Origin: Vicugna vicugna
Lineage: Eukaryota
Assembly (NCBI GenBank): GCA_013265495.1
Contig: MU059126.1
Span: forward strand, 9,352,349 to 9,416,348
DNA length: 64,000 bases
Direction: 5' to 3'
Shown: in pieces, positions 37,091 through 48,830 of the stretch
Layout of the letters: every line of letters starts with the position of its first letter
Position numbering within the stretch: position 1 is the first letter of the stretch
Notes under the pieces: model-generated
What the model saw: only the letters and a program-made list of their open reading frames with translations
What the model was told of the DNA's origin: nothing
Database searches by the model: none
Position numbers and translations under genes: made by a program

Positions 37091-39244
37091 CAGTGAAGCC
37101 GGGATCTAGAAACATAAATAAGCATACACACTTACTTCACTTTCTAAATTTTGAAACACTTATTTTTCAGCCATGAGTCTCTTTACTAGAGAGGGTGACT
37201 GTAGATATCTGGCGTTGAGTTCAGGATGGATTTTAGTGAACATATTGAGAGGAATATGTGACTAGTGTTTAACATAATTATCTTCCTTTTAGATACTGGA
37301 TTTTAAAAATGAAATAGCAAAATGTATTAAAACATTCTTTATGGAAAACGTTTATAAATAAGACCTGTTCTGATTGGATCTCTTCAATCTGACTCCTAAT
37401 AAAGTAATTTGCAACAGAATGTCTTCTCAGAATGAAGCATTAACTATGTGGTAATAGTTTTGTTGGCATCACCCCTAAAACCAATTGCTTTGTTTAGCTG
37501 TACTGAACAAAATCAGTTAGTGGAGAAGTTTGCTCACCATCCTGAATGTACTTATTTTATAATCATTGCATGTATGTCAGTACCTTTGGATCAGAAGCTG
37601 TGTTCCTTATACAAAGGTTCCTGAACTCCCTTTGGATAAAATACTGTGACATTTTCCTTCATATATTTCAAACTCATTCATTTTATGGTAATTAGCTCAG
37701 GGACTTAGTGTCTTAGTAGAAATGTCTGTTTTGTATCTGGTTACTTTTAAGAAGATTCTTGAAATCAACTGATTAAATATATGCCAGATTAAAATGATCC
37801 TCTTGGATTCTCTTATTCTTTAAGTACAAAATAACTTTACAAATCATCACCTTAAATTTCTTCCATAAATCTTGTTTTGTGGTCAACAGTGTTTCCTGTT
37901 TCTAACTACTGGACTACTGTTCATAAACTTCTGAAATTGACAATCCTGCTTTTTTCTGAGAACTGTTGGTTTCTATTTCATGCTTAATGCAATCAGTGGG
38001 AAGATCACTGAATTTTGAATATGATATCCTCGTAATAATTACATTTTAGTGTTTCAGTTTGACATTAATTAGCTTTGCAGTGCTGTAGTATTTCATACAA
38101 ATGTACACAGAGAAAACAAAGAATTTTGTTAAAGCCATGGGTCATGTTATGTTGAGGAGAGTAAATAAATTTTACTCCAACTCTCAGAAGGAGATAATTT
38201 TATTCCACATCTTTTAAGTGAGTTCTTACTAATACTATCCGCTTTGTATTTCTAGCATGTAGCTGTTAAAATACTTTGTCTCATTTTCCTTTTAATTCTA
38301 GATTAGAATACTAAAAATAACAATTTTGGACCCTAATTGTGTTACTTCTGATGAATTTTTATTAATCTTAATCATTATAAAGATAATACACTATCACTAT
38401 CATCCACTTCTAAACATTCCTATTTGAGCTTTAGAGTCTTAGGGAAGTCACCTTTGATCTTAAATGGTTAATCTTTGTTTTAGTCTTCTATTCTCACAAG
38501 TCTGTCATCTTTATTTTATCTTCTTTCCATTTGTAAAAATAATTCATGTTTGCTGCTAAGCCTTTTTACCTTAATTCAAGATATTCTATGCTCAGGGTCT
38601 GTTAGGAAAATTAAGTTTATATCTCAGAACCATATGTCATGATGTATACTTTTTGTCAGTACTTTTAATAGTATTTTCATTAAATGTTTTTCACTAACAC
38701 TTCAGCATATCTTTTATTCCCATTATTGTGGGCATAGGGCATTCATTGGCATTGAATAGTACGGGTAGAAGCTGTCCTACCAGGCAAAGCATGTATTTCT
38801 TCCATTCCATAGGTGGTTGGTGGGACAGTCTAATTCTAAGCAATTCCTTCCTTCCTCATTTTCTTCTCTTACCAAATATCGATAGAGCATGTTATACTTA
38901 TTTGGCCCTGTTCAGGAACTGAGGATCAAAGATGAATAATAGACATTAAGTCATGGTCCCCAAGACAAAACCCCCTGCAATTAGTAATTACAGACTGTCA
39001 CAAATGCAGGTGAGGAGGAAGGCAAGTGATGAGAACTGTGATGTCGAGGCATTGAAGGAGCTGCGGGGCCTGAAGGAAACAAGGCACCGACCCTGTTTCC
39101 TGTAGCCATGTTCAGAGGAGATGAAAATCCAGCCTTTGTTTTAAGAAAGCAGAACGGTGCTTTAAGAAACCAGGCGGAAAGGTGGGAGAGCTTTGCCAGT
39201 GGTTGCTCTGAACCTTGGAGGTCACAGTGTGTCGAAAAGACCGG

Positions 39245-39398
39245 GCCCCCACTCAGCAACTTCTCCACCACTTATTGACTGTCAAGCCTTGGATAAGTCA
39301 CTTAACGTGCTTGGGCCTCAGTGTCCTTGTCAGCTGTGTGGATTAAATGAGATACATACTAAACTATGGCCACAGTGGGTAACACATCATCAATGTTC
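39245..39398 (+). mobile_element. MIR
   Basis: ccttggataagtcacttaacgtgcttgggcctcagt...ggattaaatgagata. Confidence 0.7.
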
Positions 39399-39653
39399 TT
39401 TTTTTTTCTTTTTAATTGAAGTATAGTAATGTGTCAATTTCTGGTGTGCAGCACAATGTCCAAGTCATGTGTATACATACATATATCTATTTTCATATTC
39501 TTTTTCACTGCAGGATATTACAAGGTACTGAATGTAGTTCCTTCAATGTTCTTTATTTTTTAAATTGAAGTACAGTTTATAATGTGTCAATTTCTCGTGT
39601 AGAGCACAATATTTCAGTTATACATGGATATGCATATATTCATTTTCATATTC
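39399..39653 (-). mobile_element. Two tandem, heavily 5'-truncated lineage-specific L1 3' ends
   Basis: Two units beginning ttttaattgaagtatagt and tttaaattgaagtacagt, flanked by three copies of tc(a/g)atg(t/c)tcttt (39390, 39543, 39654). Same family as the L1 at 59412. Confidence 0.8.
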
Positions 39654-39697
39654 TCGATGCTCTTTAATTTTTATTTCTTCTGCTACTTGGGTGTTCA

Positions 39698-39733
39698 GGA
39701 AGGCAGCTGTGCTCACCACTATACCACCAACGC
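39698..39733 (-). pseudogene. Tailless retropseudogene: 5' half of tRNA-Gly(TCC)
   Basis: GCGTTGGTGGTATAGTGGTGAGCACAGCTGCCTTCC, 35/36 to the recalled mammalian tRNA-Gly-TCC, ending at the anticodon. Perfect 16-bp TSD tacttgggtgttcagg (39684-39699 and 39740-39755). No poly(A). Confidence 0.9.
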
Positions 39734-39759
39734 TGCACATACTTGGGTGTTCAGGGATG

Positions 39760-40060
39760 AGCATTAGCTCCGTGAAGATGGAGCACAGACAGGTGATTGG
39801 TGAGGAAGGCCAGTGAGTGACCAAAGCTAAAGCAGTAAGGATGGACTGGAGGCAGGGTTGTGAAGAGTCTTCTATTTCGTACTTTCGTTTTATCTTAGAG
39901 TCCGTAAAAGTCAAGAAGCAGAAGAATGATGTGATCAGGACTCTTGTTAGGGTTGGGTTTCTCGAGGCACTGAAAGAGGGGCTGGGAGAAAATGCTGCAT
40001 GTTCTTCCCATCTGTCTGGAGTCCAGTGAGAATCCACTGTGGGTGTCTAGGCCAGAGGTG
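39760..40060 (-). mobile_element. L2 fragment
   Basis: gtgatcaggactcttgttaggg, gtaaggatggactggaggcaggg. Confidence 0.5.
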
Positions 40061-40570
40061 GTGAGAAGTGGATTCCAGCTGCTGAGATGGGGAGGATGGT
40101 TGCTGGGACTGCATCTGGGGGTGGCCTGAGGCACAGAGTATCCCAGGAGGGACTGACTTGGGAGGAGTAGCTGTGTGTGATACGAGGCCCTGGGAACCTC
40201 ATCAAAGTTTTGAACGAACACACAGGCTCCCTACCTCCAAAAGGACCATCGTGCTCTGGGGGAGGAGCACCTACTTTAGACAATCCCCAGGGATGGAAGA
40301 TCAGGGTTTGCCCCCTTCTTCTGCACTCTGCAAGCCCAGTTAGAAGTAGCTCTCTAGAGCTTAATCTCAACAAGTGAAGCTAGAGCCAGATGTCACTGTA
40401 AGAACTTTAAAAAATATGGTGCTTTTTTTTTTGCACTCTAACATGATGCACACGTGTTGAAAGAGATTAGGAAACTAGAAATGACTTGACCTTGTTCCTT
40501 CCTCTACTCAAACTTACCTGCCTATCCCTCTGTAACCAAGCTCCCTGCAAGAATATTCCACACTCACACT

Positions 40571-40750
40571 CTGTATCGGACAAGGGTCCCAGCAGGAAAC
40601 AGAAGACACACTGCAACTAGGGGAATTCAAGGAGGGTGTAATAAAGGGACTGTTGATAAACATGTGGGCAGGATGGAAGGAAACCACAGGAAATAGTGCA
40701 GTCCCCCGAGTCTGAGCACCTGAAGAGTCATCAGAAACTGGAGTTGCCAT
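40571..40750 (-). mobile_element. Old ERVL-class LTR fragment
   Basis: tgtatcggacaagggtcccagcaggaaacagaagacacact resembles reverse-oriented ERVL LTR ends. Confidence 0.5.
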
Positions 40751-42399
40751 AGTTTTGAGTTGTTTAAAAAAAATTTGCTTAAAAATTCCTGCAGGTTGCT
40801 GTTTCTATGACATGAGACATGAAGGATTAATTTCAGGTATATATTAAATACTTTTGGAAAATGGCCGTATTTCCTTTTCATAAGCTTGGGACCATGTTAA
40901 TTTAATTTGTTAAATAGTTGTTTTACTGCGATGGGATTTTTCCTGGTGAGGATATACCTTATGTTTTATTCCTGCATTATTTTTTCCCTCTCAATTTAGT
41001 TGAGACAATCATATGATGAACAGTAATTTAAACAAATGGTTAATGAATTCAATCCAACTATAACTGCTCAGTTTGAGATTTAAGATTTAGTGGGAAATAA
41101 GTGGACACATTGATGAAATATTTTAAGTAGAGGAGGCAGACAAGCCAGGGCTTTGATTTTTTCCCCTTCTTCCCTAATATTTCCAAGGTTTTCTTACTCC
41201 AGTTGCTATCTGGTAAATTTTCCATACCCGATGAAGCCCAGTTTATCTGTTATATCACCACAGTGACCTTCTCTGTCAACTCTTAAAAGGCCATTTGCCC
41301 TTTTGAACCACTTTTACCTTGTTTTGTTCTACTTTATTTTTCTGTCGTCTTCCATGGGTGGCTTCATCTTTAAGATCGCATTTTCAGTTTTATCTTTATT
41401 TATCTTCCTCTTCCTTATTGATCTTGCCTTTCGTTAAATGTGAAGTATCTGGGGATGATACAGATAATTAAGCGTTGAAAACAAAGTCATTGATTTAATG
41501 CTGGAAGACACGTGGAACAGGAGCCAAAAGTTTAACTTGATTTCAACTTCAGGGTCTCAGCTGTGTCAATGAGTAAACTACACATGTGGAATTCAAAGGA
41601 CTCTGTAAAATGTAAGCAGTGAAGTACCCAGTAGAGCTGCAGATGATGCTAGGAAGACAGGGAGAGGATGACCTGCTTCAGGTTGGGACTTTGCTCCTGT
41701 GGCATTTACTCTTGCACGGAGCCCTGTCTGGACTCATGGGTGCCAGTACTGCCCTTGTCAATAAATAGCTTCAACCTCCCTTCATTTGCTGTAAAGAGAG
41801 ATTTAGGCAGAATCTAGCGTTTGGGCAAAATAATCATATTATGACCTTTTAACATTACGTTCTATGGCATAAAGCAAATTCACAATTAAGATAGGACACA
41901 ATACCTTTTAAGCAGCCTTCATGTCACATTCTTGTTTACTTGAACTACTTGGTTTTAAGACTTAAAATTTGAAAATGTCAGTAGACACATACCCTAAGAT
42001 ATTTCTCCATGGATATGCATTGCAGTGTCATTCATAAGAAAAGATCTAAAACAGTCTAAATGTCCATAAGCAGAAGACTGCTATCCCTTCATAATGTAAA
42101 CGGAAAAATTATATGCAAGTGTTAAAATAAATGTGCTGCCACATAAATGTCTCCAGGAGACACTTAATGGGAAAGTTAGAAAGAGGTAGATCAGTTAATA
42201 TAGTATAATCCCACTTAGATGGAAAAAAGAGAAGACCTGTGCTTACTCATATCTGTATTGCATATTTAGGTGGAACTGGGCTTGGAGTGGGGATACTGAG
42301 GTCCTTGGAACTGCTTGAATTTTCACTACTTGCATGTGTTACTTTGCTGTTTACAAGTGTATAATGAAGGCTTCCTTTCTATTTCCTTGATTACAATTG

Positions 42400-42690
42400 A
42401 ACTTAAATTCTTTCATTTATTGGCTTAAAGTTGTTCATAATATTCCCTGATTATCCTGTTAATGTCTGTCAGATCGGTAGCAACATCCTCCTTTCCTTCC
42501 TGATACTGGTTAAGTAGTGTCTTCTCCCCTGTTTGCCTTGATTAGTTTTATAAATTGCACTGATCTTTTCAGAGAAGCAACTTTTGGTTTCATTGATTTT
42601 TCTCTATTGTTTTTCTGTTTCTGGTTCATCAGTTTCTGCTCTTACCTTCATGATTTTGGGTTTAATTTGCTCTTCTTTCTGTTCTCAAAT
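42400..42690 (-). mobile_element. Old L1 ORF2 fragment
   Basis: ttttcagagaagcaacttttggtttcattgattttttctctattg. Confidence 0.7.
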
Positions 42691-42814
42691 GGCTCAGGAA
42701 AAAAACGTCCTTTTTACTGCAGTTGCAACTCTTAAAAGCTCGAGATAGTTTCAAGATAAAAATGAAAAACAAAAATGCTTTAATGTGTAATATTGAATTA
42801 AAATGTATTTCTTA

Positions 42815-43228
42815 GATAAATACTGTGTGATATCACTTACGTGGAATCTAAAAAAGCTGGTCTCATAGAAACAAAGATTAGAATGGTAGTTATCAGAGGC
42901 TAGTGGGTGGGGAAAATGGGAAGAGGCTGGACAAAAGGTACAAAATTCTAGTTATAAGATGAATATGTTCTGGGGAACGAGTTCTGGTGATTATAGTTAA
43001 TGATACTGTAGAACATATTTGTAAGTTGCTAAGAGAGTTGATCTTAAATGTTCTCACCACAAAAAAGAAATGGCAGTTACACGAGATAATGGAGGTATTC
43101 ACTAATACCTCCACTATACCACAGTGGTAATCATTTTGTGATATATAAGTGTATCAAATCAAGATGTTATACACCATAAACTTACATAGTGTTGTGTACC
43201 AATTAAATCTCAATAAAGCTGAAAAAAT
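42815..43228 (+). mobile_element. L1MA9/10-like 3' end
   Basis: gataaatactgtgtgatatcacttacgtggaatctaaaaaag...aaatctcaataaagctgaaaaaa. Confidence 0.85.
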
Positions 43229-45309
43229 GTATTTTTCTTATTTTTATAAGCTTTGGAATTTTTCATTAAATGGACTTCATGTCTGTCTACATAAGTAAAA
43301 ACAAAAATGCAGTTGAAAAATGCTCCTCATACATATGCACAATTTTGCATTCCTTTATAGACCAAATTCTAATATAACTGAATATCATGGGATCACGTAC
43401 ATCTACAGATATTTGGGGTTTGTATTTCTATAAAATTTCAAAATAGCTTATTTCCCAACCAAATTTGCCAATTTTTTCTTAGTCTTTTCCCATCTCTACC
43501 TAGTACTCTCTCTCTCTGCTTTTTGCCGCAGTCTCCAGCCAGGTTAAGTAGAGCTCAGATGAGTGATGACAAGTTATTTGTGCTGCATGAAAACAAGCAG
43601 AATATTCTCCTTGTATTGAATTTAATGACATTATTGAGTAGCCAGAGAATAAAAATGAATAGAATTCATCTCTGTGCTAAAAGTACATCCAGTTATTGCC
43701 ATCAAAGTCGGCTAGAGTTTAGCCTTGATTAGGGAATGAAGTAAACAAAAATATCTTCCATTATCCAGAGTCGGACAGAAGCCACCCCAGATCCTCAGGT
43801 GCTGGACCCTGTATTCAGTCTAAAGTTTTTGTTTCTTTTTTGTTTTTTTTTAGATTAACAACTAATCCCAGAGTAGAAGTTGAAATAGAACAGTGCATTA
43901 AACTGAAGAATGTTCTTTCTAGCTCATCTCTGGACAATCTTAAATTTATCTTCAGTACATTGTGCTGAACTTTATCATTGCAATTTTTAACATGACCGAA
44001 GGCAGAGTTTGTAGAAAACCTCTTTATATAATCATCAGCTGATTACTTATAATTAGCAAATCATTTGCTAAATTTGTCATTTTAGCTAGGAAGTTCGCAT
44101 GTATCTGAGTGAAATGGAGAGGTAAATCAGAAGAGAGAGAAATTAAGATTGATCTCACTTAAGTCTTAAAAGCTTATCAGATAACACTCAGATTTTTGCA
44201 TTATAGAAATTAGTTTAACTCCGCAATACAAAATATTCTCTAGAACAGGCGAAGGCTGTGGAATTAGCTGTACTCTGAGGTCAGTGTAGCGCTAACCCTG
44301 CCTGATGTGCCACATTGCAGCTCTTTAACCAGAGGGCCTGCACCTGAAAGTGGAACAGGGCAGGAAGACAGGGTGCTGGTGTGACAACCTTGGCACTAGT
44401 TCCAACAGCAGGTCAGTAGGGAGCCCAGATTCCCTTGGAGCTGTATGTGCTCATTAAAATTATCTGCAGCATCAATGAAGAGGAATCTTATTTTAAAATA
44501 GTAGACACAGAAGCAAGAAAATCAGACTGAAAATTAGGTGCTTGAATGTTATAATATACATTACACACCTTTTGTTTACATTTAAATAGAAAGCAAATTT
44601 TATTTACTTCAAGTGTGTGCATCTGTGTGTTTATTTACATACACGATTAGAGAATTGTTTCATACATACAATCCATCTAAAGAATGCAATCACTTTCTTC
44701 TTCCCATCCTTTAAAATGTTTTTATTTTAACAGCTGACAGCTTTTTTAGAACTTCAAAGAGTTATTTTAGGTCTTTATTTTAGACATTATCACAACATCT
44801 GTCATCATATATGTCTAAACCCTTAACATTTTATTTTTGAATATGGTAGCTTTGCTTTTTATTACCTTTATTAATCTTTGCCTCTCCTGTAGGGAGAGGA
44901 AATATGATGATGCAGGAATGTCAGTTTTTTGTGTGGCAATCTTTAAAATTATTATTTCCTGCCAGCAGTTGGAATTGGCAATTCTCTCTAACAAATACAC
45001 TTCTGCGGGGGTCTCCCTTCAGCCGTGTTTATCAGCTGCATGATAATGAGTCCGTTTCTCTGTAAATATAATCAGTATTTAATGGTGGTGAGGAAACCTC
45101 CTAGATTAAAAGATTTTTGTGGTTCCTGGATTGACATGCTTTATGAAACCATTGCCATGTGCAGTAGCACTGAACATCTGGAAATGCTCAGATTCAGGTC
45201 TTAGGTCTTTCTTAAGAAGTGTGACCCACTTTCTAGAGAAAAATTATGTGGGTACTCCAGTGTTGAGAAACTCAAGACTCAAATTTTGATGCACAAATTT
45301 TCGTCAGTT

Positions 45310-45760
45310 TAACATTCAGCAGTTAAGTATTGGGTGTCTCCTGTGTTCCAAGCTTTTCACTGGGCATGTATACACCAACTAAGCAGTGAGCAAGGAAGAC
45401 AAGGTCCCCTTGATCTGATGGAATATCTATTCTAATGGAGAGAGAAAGTCAGCCATGAATACATGCTGTTATCTTAGGTAGTGAAAGAAGAAAGTGTTTC
45501 AGGCTTCTTTTGCTGGAGTGATCAGGGAAAGTCTTTCTGAACTGACATTTGCTGAGACCCTGTTGACTGGGAGTCAGTTGAGTGAATACAAGATAAGGTG
45601 AGTTATTCAGGGAGATCAGAGAGCAAGTGCAGAGACCAGAGGAAGGGATGAGTGTGGCTATTCAAGGCATCTGAGGACCAGTGGGGCTGGAGCAGAGGAG
45701 AGTGGGAACAGTGAGGACAGAGTGGTAGGCAAGGACATTACTCGTAAGGCCATTGTGTAG
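45310..45760 (-). mobile_element. L2
   Basis: aacattcagcagttaagtattgggtgtctcctgtgttccaagc...gtgatcagggaaagtctttctga. Confidence 0.65.
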
Positions 45761-45762
45761 GA

Positions 45763-45890
45763 ATAGTGCTGCCAGATTTAGCAAATAAAAATGTAAGAAA
45801 CTGTTAAACTTGGATTTCAGATAAACCATGAGAAGACGTTATTTAAAATAAGTATATCCCATGTAATGTTTGATATTTTATAATTTACTG
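45763..45890 (+). mobile_element. MER53 fragment
   Basis: gtgctgccagatttagcaaataaaaat...ggatttcagataaac. Confidence 0.7.
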
Positions 45891-45904
45891 GTACTAATTC
45901 CAAA

Positions 45905-46775
45905 GTGGAGAGAGATCCTACACCACCAACCTGTTCTCCAGACGCCAACTGGGTGTCCTGTGATTGAACTCAGTTTTGATACTGTCTGTGCAAGGATAGC
46001 ATCAGACTCCACAGGTTAAGTTTCAGTGCTACAGGACTGCATCCCTCCCCTTAGCACGCCCCAAACATCCCTCATAAGCCAGTCTCAAGTCCTGGTTGTT
46101 ACCTGGGCTTCTGACTCACAGGCTACAGACTGGAAGTTCCCACCACCCTCTCCTTGGAATTCAGGTGCCCGTTGGAAGTCTAGGTTGTTACATGAATTTG
46201 TAACCAACTGGCTGTAAAACAGAGGTTCCCAGGATCCTCTCCTTGGGTCTGATTAAATTGCCAGAGTGGCTCATAGAACTAGGAGAAGTATTTTACTCAC
46301 CAGATTATTGGTTTATTATGAAAGGATATAATTCCAGAACAGTCAGATGGAGAAGGTGCCTGGGGCAAGGCTTGGGGAAGGATCACAGAACTTGCATGCT
46401 ATGTACAAACACACCACTGTCCCCAGATCGCCACGTGTTCACGTACCTGGAAGCTCTCCAAACCCTATCCTTCTGGATTTTATAGAGGCTTCATTACAGA
46501 GTCGTGATTGATTAAATCATTGACCCTTTTCCTGCCCTATTTGGGCGTCAGGGATGGAGAAAAGGAGGTGAGGTAGGGGGAGTAACTGGATGGGATCTAA
46601 ACACATGATTGCTTCCTCTGGCAACCAGTTCAGATCCTTGAGTCCTCACCTCATTAACATAACAAGAGATATCTCTGTCACTTTCTGTACTTAGGAATTC
46701 AAGGATTTGGGGAGCTGTGAGTCAGGAACCATGGGCAAAGGCCAAATAGATGTTTTTCTTATAAATCACAATCTC
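45905..46775 (-). mobile_element. MER21-like LTR
   Basis: agacgccaactgggtgtcctgtgattgaactcagttttgatact...catcagactccacaggttaag...ttcttataaatcacaat. Confidence 0.75.
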
Positions 46776-47549
46776 AGAACTTTTCTTATCCCTTTTGTCC
46801 AAGCTAGAATGCTTGTAAATTACAGGGGGTTGTTACAACAGGCAAAAACCAGGGCATATGGTCATTGTACTGAAGAGTTTGGAATTTTTTTCCTTTCAAT
46901 TTCCTGTAGGAAGCCATTGGAGAGTTCTAACTAATGATATGTGTAATTTAATCTGCTGAGGCTGTTGCGTGGAGAGTAGATGGTGCATGGAATAAAGAGT
47001 GACCGACAGCATTTAGTCGGAGATGGGATGAGTGAAGCCTATTGATGAATGGCATTGGGACAGAGGTAGCAAGGACTTTTCTCTTGTCATTGATGAGTTT
47101 GATTGGGATTGGTGTATTAAAACTATTGACCAATACTGATAGTATAGCATTACTCCATACCACAGCAAATAAATGTAAATGCACACATATCTTAAAATAA
47201 GTCTATAATTAAGAATTGACTTTTAATTGACTATATATAAGCCCAATGCTTTGCTTTTGAGACACTTAAATACTAACACATATCCTGCAGTTTTCTTTGT
47301 GTAATTTGCTAGTTCTTTTTTCTCTGAAAACTTTTTTAGAGAGCCTTGAAGAGTTTGTAGGACCAGAGCATTGTGCCTATGGAGATGGAATTCTAGTTTT
47401 GCTGGCCAGTTCCTCCTCTTGTATTCAGCCACTGTTTCACTAACATGTCTTTATATTATTGAGTAGATTTATCTTAGTGCATGATTTCAAAATTTCTTCT
47501 TCCTCACGTAGCATTATATTATAAGTGGTGCCGTATAGTTTTCATTCCT

Positions 47550-47712
47550 TATGTCAGGCGTGGTCCATAGACCAGCATCAACAGTATGATCTGAAAACTT
47601 GTTAGGAATTCGAAATCTCAGCTCCAACTCAGATTCACTGAATCAGATACTCTGGGACTGGGTCCCAAAAATAAGTGATTCTGATGTGTGGTCAAGTTCA
47701 AGAATCCACTTT
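47550..47712 (+). mobile_element. MER5A-like DNA transposon
   Basis: gtggtccatagaccagcatcaacagtatgatctgaaaacttgttaggaattcgaaatctcag...aagttcaagaatccact. Confidence 0.7.
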
Positions 47713-48429
47713 GTACTATCTTTTTAGTACTGATACAGCATCATATCATGTTAACACACCGTAGTTGTTACGTCTTCTCTTATTCTTATTTCCATTTCTA
47801 CATTATCATATACAGTGTTGGCAACAAGCTTGTTTATATGTGTGGGTCCATGTTTCCTCCATTTTTCAATTATTCACCAGAGTAGGATTAAGAGGGCAAA
47901 GACTAGAACCATTTTATGTAATGTTTCCTACTGAATTCCTTTCTAAAAACATGTGTTTATGCTGCTACTCCCAAAATTTGGGTAAGCAAGTTTTCCTATT
48001 ATAAGCCAACCAACTTGAGGTATTATCCTTCTAAAATGGACACTTCAACAGATAATCTCATAACTTTAAAGTGATAGTTTATCTCAGTTTGCATTTTTAT
48101 TACTAGTAAAGGAGAATGCTTCCCCATATTTGCTTGGAATTCATGTTTTCACTGTGAATCACATTTTTGTGTCTTCTATTTATTAACTAATTGCTTTGTA
48201 GTTCTTAACTATTGAGTGAGCACTTCACATGTATATGTGTCTCCGTCTGTGTAAGTATCAGCACACTATTTCTGATTCTCTTTTTACTTTTTTTTAAACT
48301 TATATCAGGATTCTTTTAGTAATAATATAGTACATTTCTTTTAATAATAACCTAGTACCTGTCACTTAGAAGGTACACTTGTGGTTTCAAATTTAGGAAA
48401 CAGGCTCTATTGTGTCTTAAAAATTAGAT

Positions 48430-48830
48430 CTTATGCTTGTGAAATAGGCTAAACTAGGGCCAGTGGTGGTAACAATTTCATTGAAATTTCAGTATCTTTG
48501 ACACAACAAAGATTTCTTTCTTGTGCACGTTACCTGTCCAGCAGAGATCAACAAGTTTACTCTGCTGCTCATAGCATTCAGAGCCCCTGGCTCATGGAAG
48601 TTCTGCCATCTTGTACTCAACCCTCATAACACAGGGTCTCTGTGGAAGTGGAATAGAGAGTGGAGGCAGCACAAGAAGCTCTTAAATCTCTTTGCCCTGA
48701 AGTGGTCAATCATTTCTGCTTACAGATAGTTCTCATGGCCAGAATTAGTCACATGGTCCAACCAGCTGCAAAGGAGGATGGGGAAGAGGAGAAATTCCAG
48801 TATTCAGCAACATATGTCTGTGTCTCAGTT
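48430..48830 (-). mobile_element. Old MLT1 (K-like) LTR
   Basis: ggccagaattagtcacatggtccaaccagctgcaaagg. Confidence 0.6.

Noticed and set aside
43090-43113. Hairpin with 10-bp arms, tggaggtatt-cact-aatacctcca, in the L1MA relic
   Set aside because: Roughly one such hairpin is expected by chance, more in AT-rich DNA; it lies inside a repeat and is too short for a pre-miRNA.
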